From: Ignisphaera sp.
GTDB lineage: Archaea > Thermoproteota > Thermoprotei_A > Sulfolobales > Ignisphaeraceae
Direction: 5' to 3'
DNA: 31,477 bases
Assembly (NCBI GenBank): GCA_038821645.1
Contig: JAWBDT010000018.1
Span: 1-31,477 of the forward strand
Shown: positions 26,699-31,477 of the stretch, in pieces
Position numbering within the stretch: position 1 is the stretch's first letter
Layout: each line of letters begins with the position of its first letter
The notes under the pieces: model-generated
Databases searched by the model: none
What the model was told of the DNA's origin: nothing
The model's input: the letters and a program-made list of their open reading frames with translations, nothing else
Program-made: the position numbers and the translations under genes

Positions 26699-28033
26699 AT
26701 GAATAGAATAGAAAAATTATTGATAGCTAATAGGGGAGAAATAGCTGTCAGAATTATAAAAACTTGTCGAAAACTTGGAATAAAAACAATAGCTATATAC
26801 ACAAAACCAGATTCAAATGCTATGCACACCAAATTAGCTGATGAAGCTTATTTCCTTGGATCTGATCCATACTCGTATCTTGATGTAGATAAGATTATCT
26901 CAATAGCTAAGAAGAGTAATGCTTCAGCTATTCACCCTGGATATGGATTTCTTTCAGAGAGTTTCCTATTTGCTAAAACAGTTGAGGATAACGGTATAGT
27001 GTGGATAGGACCACCATCTAAGGTTATAGAGTTGCTAGAATCAAAATCCATGGTTAGAGCAATCGCTTATAAAGTCGGTGTACCGGTAGTTCCTGGATCA
27101 TTAGAACCTGTAGACATAGTTAAAGCAAAAAGAATAGCTGAAGAAATAGGTTATCCCATACTAATAAAAGCTGATAGAGGTGGTGGTGGTAGAGGTATAA
27201 GATTAGTTAATAATCTAGAACAATTAGAGAAGCTATTCGACATAGCTGTTGAAGAAATGAAATCAGCATTCAAATCAGACAAAGTGTACGTGGAGAAGTA
27301 TATTCCGTATGCACGTCATATAGAGCTACAGATTTTAGCTGACATCCACGGGAATGTTGTTGTTCTAGGAGAAAGAGAATGTAGTATTCAACGAAGGTAC
27401 CAGAAGGTTATTGAAGAAGCTCCATCACTTATTGTTACTCATGAAGATCGTGAGAAACTTTATGAATATGCTATTAAATTTATGAAACATATTGGTTATG
27501 TAAACGCAGGAACTATGGAATTTCTTAGAGATTGTAATGGAAATTTCTATCTTATTGAGGTTAATAAGAGGATACAAGTAGAGCATCCCGTTACAGAAAT
27601 GGTTACAGGTATTGATATAGTTGAGCAGCAGATAAAGATAGCTGAAGGAAGAGAACTTGAAATAAGTAGTGTATATAAATTCAATGGACATGCAATAGAG
27701 GCTAGAGTATATGCTGAAGATCCAGAGAAAGGAACACCATCGCCAGGTACAGTAAGTTATGTTGAGTTTCCAAATATTGACGGTATAAGAATTGATCATA
27801 TGCTTGAACCTGGGACTTTCATACCGCCTTTCTATGATCCTATGATAGCTAAGGTTGTAGCAGTAGGTTCCGATAGATATGAAGCTATTACAAAACTTGT
27901 TGAAGCTCTTAAGATGTTTAGAATAGAAGGAATTAAAACTTCTATCCCTATAGCTTTAAAGATATTGACATCAAGAGAATTCATCGAAGGCAACATCCAT
28001 GTTGAAATCTATGATAAACTTGTTCGCATGTAA
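26699..28033 (+). CDS. accC: Biotin carboxylase subunit of an acyl-CoA/pyruvate carboxylase
   Basis: KLLIANRGEIAVRII, IHPGYGFLSE, GGGGRGIR, ERECSIQRRYQKVIEEAP, EVN.RIQVEHPVTE, YDPMIAK. Confidence 0.92.
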   Translation: MNRIEKLLIANRGEIAVRIIKTCRKLGIKTIAIYTKPDSNAMHTKLADEAYFLGSDPYSYLDVDKIISIAKKSNASAIHPGYGFLSESFLFAKTVEDNGIVWIGPPSKVIELLESKSMVRAIAYKVGVPVVPGSLEPVDIVKAKRIAEEIGYPILIKADRGGGGRGIRLVNNLEQLEKLFDIAVEEMKSAFKSDKVYVEKYIPYARHIELQILADIHGNVVVLGERECSIQRRYQKVIEEAPSLIVTHEDREKLYEYAIKFMKHIGYVNAGTMEFLRDCNGNFYLIEVNKRIQVEHPVTEMVTGIDIVEQQIKIAEGRELEISSVYKFNGHAIEARVYAEDPEKGTPSPGTVSYVEFPNIDGIRIDHMLEPGTFIPPFYDPMIAKVVAVGSDRYEAITKLVEALKMFRIEGIKTSIPIALKILTSREFIEGNIHVEIYDKLVRM

Positions 28034-28050
28034 AATCAGTTCTTTAACAT

Positions 28051-28983
28051 TTACACAAATATGTGGAATTCTTTATCAGAATCTATATAACCCCAGGGCA
28101 TAGCCTTAGTATTATGATTGCCATAGACATTCCCGTTCCTATCCATAGCTATAATACCTACTGTATCTATCCCATAACTACTTGATATAAGTGCTATGGC
28201 ATTGTCTACAGCTTCCTTAACTGCAATACCATTACAAATGTCATTAACCACTCTAAGCGATAAGAACGACATTATTATATATTCTCCTATACCTGTTGCT
28301 GCAGCAGCTCCACACTTCTTTGCATAAAATCCAGCTCCTGGTATAGAAGAATCGCCGACTCTTCCAGGCAGTTTTAGAAAAACACCACCAGTACTTGTAG
28401 CTGCAGCAAACTCGTTTGACTTGTCTTTGGCTATAGCTCCTACAGTATCTAGAAACCCTAATTTTATCCACAACTTAATTGAGTTTTCATAGAACCTCCT
28501 CTCGATAGTACCTTTCTCAATTTTCTTAATAATTTCGTTATACCTTTTCATCACACTCTCTAGTGGACCTGGATGTTTTTCTAGACCTAATTTAATTGCA
28601 AGAGTATCTGCAGCATCACCAACTATTAACACGTGATCAGTATTCTCTAGAACATACCTTGCTAATCTAATGGGATTACGCGGATATTTGACATAAGCAA
28701 CAGCTCCAGCCTTATTGTTACCGCTATACATTATACCTGCATCCATAGATATGTTTCCTGAAATGTCTACTGTACTACCTAAACCTGCATTAACTAGACC
28801 TGAATCCTCAAGCACACTTATTGCTTCAACAACCATATCGATACTAGAACCAATGAGTCCAGCCTTATATCCTTCCTCTAGAGCATCTCGAATTAGTCTC
28901 ACTAGTCTATTTTTTAGATCATTATCTATACTCCAATCACCAGCACCTAAGTGAACAGCTAATATTGGTGATTCTATGTTCAT
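28051..28983 (-). CDS. iaaA: Isoaspartyl peptidase / plant-type L-asparaginase (Ntn hydrolase)
   Basis: H.GAG, LEDS...NAG.GS, MDAGIM, autocleavage site D|TVGA, ATSTGG...K.PGRVGDS, ATGIGE. Confidence 0.9.
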   Translation of the reverse strand: MNIESPILAVHLGAGDWSIDNDLKNRLVRLIRDALEEGYKAGLIGSSIDMVVEAISVLEDSGLVNAGLGSTVDISGNISMDAGIMYSGNNKAGAVAYVKYPRNPIRLARYVLENTDHVLIVGDAADTLAIKLGLEKHPGPLESVMKRYNEIIKKIEKGTIERRFYENSIKLWIKLGFLDTVGAIAKDKSNEFAAATSTGGVFLKLPGRVGDSSIPGAGFYAKKCGAAAATGIGEYIIMSFLSLRVVNDICNGIAVKEAVDNAIALISSSYGIDTVGIIAMDRNGNVYGNHNTKAMPWGYIDSDKEFHIFV

Positions 28984-29069
28984 CACCAAGCTATAGAAAC
29001 GAGTCCCCGGCTATAAGTGTTCAACTTAACCAACTTACTACTTCTAGAGCTTATAATCGTCATTTAAAG

Positions 29070-29438
29070 TCATGATAGAAATTGATCAAAGAATATTGAT
29101 CTTCTATAAGGATTAATATCGTATCCCTTTGTGATCTCATTTAACCAAGATCTATACCATAGATGGTTATTACCTTGTTTACCATTACCATTTCTGGCAC
29201 TATGACCATTCCGATCTTTTCCATTAGATTTAGAACTTATATACATTTTAATAGCTACTATGGCTGCAGCAATTTCGTCAAGAATATCTTCAGTTATTTT
29301 ATTTCCGTTAATAGAGAAACCATTAATTGACACAGTTATACCGTTATTGAATACAAGACCAAAACTATTACCCTTATTAGAGATAAGATGTTTACGTGAT
29401 ACAGATTCATTTTCATCAATAAGATCCATAAACTTCAC
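29070..29438 (-). CDS. Hypothetical protein, possibly a small acyl-CoA carboxylase accessory subunit
   Basis: DEIAAAIVAIKMYI helix, N/G-rich linker, then LWYRSW; layout recalls AccE/PccX-type small subunits. Confidence 0.4.
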   Translation of the reverse strand: MKFMDLIDENESVSRKHLISNKGNSFGLVFNNGITVSINGFSINGNKITEDILDEIAAAIVAIKMYISSKSNGKDRNGHSARNGNGKQGNNHLWYRSWLNEITKGYDINPYRRSIFFDQFLS

Positions 29439-29600
29439 TCATGTGTCAGCTACTGTATATAGTCTCCCTATTATTAACAGATACAAAAAGCTTTCGCTCT
29501 TTGATATACAACAGGTTATAGACTTTCAACATGCTAGAATTGTGTTCTTCATATGTAAACAAAATAAGCTGAATAAGTAGTAAGGACTACTGTGATATAG

Positions 29601-30365
29601 ATGACAACAAAAACTATAGTTGTATTTATTGGACCTGCAGGTTCAGGTAAATCCACTACTGTTTACGCTTACTCAAAATGGCTTTATAGAGAATTTAGTT
29701 ACGAGACATATAAAGTTAATCTTGATCCTGCAGCACTCTTTATTCCATACGAACCCGATTACGATATACGAAATACTGTTGATATAGATAGAATTTCGAA
29801 AGAATATGGTCTAGGTCCTAATGGTTCTCTTGTTAAGTCGATGGATATCATATCAAGCGAAATAGATGATATAGTACATGTATTTAAAGATGTTGATAAT
29901 CAATTCATACTCATTGATACACCTGGCCAAATGGAAATATTTCTCTTCAGAGATATAGCTTACAAGCTTATGGATAGTCTGAAGAAATACTTTAGACATA
30001 CTGTTGCAGTATTTGTTACTGATGCAGAGATTATGAAACGTTACGAAGATTATGCATTCCTGGCAATAATGACGGTAGCTATACAGACACGCCTTGGTGT
30101 AGACGTTATTCCAGTTGTGAATAAGATCGATATAGCTAATACAGATAAAATAGTTGGAGACATAATTAGCGATATAGATACTATTACTAAGCATTTAACA
30201 AGTCAAGGTGTATACGGAGAAATGATGAGTAATTTACTGAATACTATAGCTATGTACACAAAAGCTACCAGAATACCGAAAATATCTGCAAAAAATCTTC
30301 TAGGATTAGAAGAGCTACATAGAGTTATACATGAAATTACTTGCGCTTGCGGTGATCTCACATAA
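29601..30365 (+). CDS. GPN-loop GTPase
   Basis: GPAGSGKST, NLDPA, GLGPNG, IDTPGQME, NKID, C-terminal CACGDL. Confidence 0.92.
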   Translation: MTTKTIVVFIGPAGSGKSTTVYAYSKWLYREFSYETYKVNLDPAALFIPYEPDYDIRNTVDIDRISKEYGLGPNGSLVKSMDIISSEIDDIVHVFKDVDNQFILIDTPGQMEIFLFRDIAYKLMDSLKKYFRHTVAVFVTDAEIMKRYEDYAFLAIMTVAIQTRLGVDVIPVVNKIDIANTDKIVGDIISDIDTITKHLTSQGVYGEMMSNLLNTIAMYTKATRIPKISAKNLLGLEELHRVIHEITCACGDLT

Positions 30366-30441
30366 AATGTTTAACTATCTTTAATTATACATAGTATAAC
30401 ATTCATCATATTTGAAAATTAGCAAAATTAATAACTTATTG

Positions 30442-31440
30442 CTAGCTATAACCTAGAAGAATACACATCATGAAACTTAAGAATGATGTATATAGATATA
30501 TTGAATACATTATAGCAACAAGTTCTTTTTCGCTAAACGAATCTTTCGCAAACATCAGTAAAATTTTGACGAATGTTAATGGATGTATCCCTGGCTTTGG
30601 GTAAATACATCCATCTCTATCTACATATGTAGGTCTATCTATCTTTTCTTTCTGTATGAATCCTTTAACAGATGAAATATAGTAGAAACCATTTAAAAAC
30701 ATCGGTATCGAGGCTAATATCACAAAGAACTCTAGTCTAAAGAGTACGGTAATAAGGAATATCAGCGAACCTAAGAGATGCGAACCTGTATTCCCATTGA
30801 ATAGTTTTGCTGGATATATATTGAATACTAGATATGATGCTATAACAACTACTATAAGTAAGGCAATGTATATGTCCTGAACTTCTGCATGTATAGATAA
30901 TTTTAATAGAAATGTAAATAAACTGATTGTAAACACGAACATAGGTAAGGTTCCATTATGAGTATCTATCATATTTGCGCCATTAATATATACTGTAGAA
31001 GATAAAAGAATTAGTAACGGATATATAATGTGTATTCGTGTATGACCTATGAAAGGTAGCCAAGGTCTTGGCACATAACAACCTGATACCAGTATTGGTA
31101 TCGCAGGTAAGAAACCCAGAAGTATCTTCCACCTAGATCTCAAACCATTGATATCGTCTAGAAAACCTATAAATGTAGCAATAGATACAGAAAGCATTGA
31201 TACGGTAAATAGTTCACGATTAATCATGTTCAGAGAGAACATCAAGTACAGACCAGTACAAAATCCTAGATAGAGCGAGAAGCCCCCTATACATGGAACA
31301 AAATGTTCATAAGGTTTATGAACATCTTTACACAAGAATCTGAACTTTTTTTCGATAGCTATAGATGAGACAGCTGATATTATCGTTACTATAGATGATA
31401 CTACATAGATAATTATTATTGATGCATAATTCATCAACAT
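30442..31440 (-). CDS. aglH: UDP-GlcNAc:dolichyl-phosphate GlcNAc-1-phosphotransferase (GPT/MraY family)
   Basis: DVHKP, VP.IGG, IGFLDD, NGANMIDTHNG, FNIYPAKLF.GN.GS; multiple TM segments. Confidence 0.8.
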   Translation of the reverse strand: MLMNYASIIIIYVVSSIVTIISAVSSIAIEKKFRFLCKDVHKPYEHFVPCIGGFSLYLGFCTGLYLMFSLNMINRELFTVSMLSVSIATFIGFLDDINGLRSRWKILLGFLPAIPILVSGCYVPRPWLPFIGHTRIHIIYPLLILLSSTVYINGANMIDTHNGTLPMFVFTISLFTFLLKLSIHAEVQDIYIALLIVVVIASYLVFNIYPAKLFNGNTGSHLLGSLIFLITVLFRLEFFVILASIPMFLNGFYYISSVKGFIQKEKIDRPTYVDRDGCIYPKPGIHPLTFVKILLMFAKDSFSEKELVAIMYSIYLYTSFLSFMMCILLGYS

Positions 31441-31477
31441 CTCTCACCGCAAATAAAATAACTTTATTAGCATTCAA

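Noticed and set aside
28995-29015. GC-rich patch GAGTCCCCGGC in an AT-rich gap
   Set aside because: No convincing C/D, H/ACA or tRNA-like structure around it.
253-30194. Numerous antisense or nested ORFs in the track (e.g. 253-558, 2335-2763, 3632-4069, 8827-9327, 13405-13809, 27425-27799, 29260-29580, 29853-30194)
   Set aside because: Shadow ORFs overlapping better-supported genes, with no motifs or RBS.

Overview
AT-rich archaeal chromosomal segment. Gene content (aKMT-type lysine methyltransferase, GPN-loop GTPase, AglH/GPT, long Trm112, C/D-box sRNAs, GGTGA ribosome-binding sites) points to a thermophilic Thermoproteota/Desulfurococcales-like organism; Ignisphaera-like is my guess, not demonstrated. 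The first ~8.7 kb is the most striking part. It holds a C1/acetyl-CoA cluster: the end of a corrinoid Fe-S protein large subunit (AcsC/CdhE), a bacterial-type RACo corrinoid activator that seems to start at an ATA codon, a CooC/AcsF Ni-insertase and a divergent MetF-like reductase. These converge on a fused ADP-forming acetyl-CoA synthetase plus DRTGG partner, with a bacterial-type adenylate kinase and a stand-alone H4MPT-dependent Fae next door. The rest contains an OPT-like/FtsX-like/LolD-type transporter operon, glycosylation genes, endonuclease III, a GH12 glycosidase without a signal peptide, a radical SAM protein, an M29 aminopeptidase and Ogt. It also has a threonine-synthase-like protein lacking its PLP lysine and fused to a wHTH, an RNase Z-like hydrolase, a biotin carboxylase with a possible small accessory subunit, an isoaspartyl peptidase, a GPN GTPase and AglH. 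Three box C/D guide-RNA candidates lie in intergenic gaps. No CRISPR array, tRNA, rRNA or mobile element was seen. All calls come from motif recognition by eye, with no database searches.
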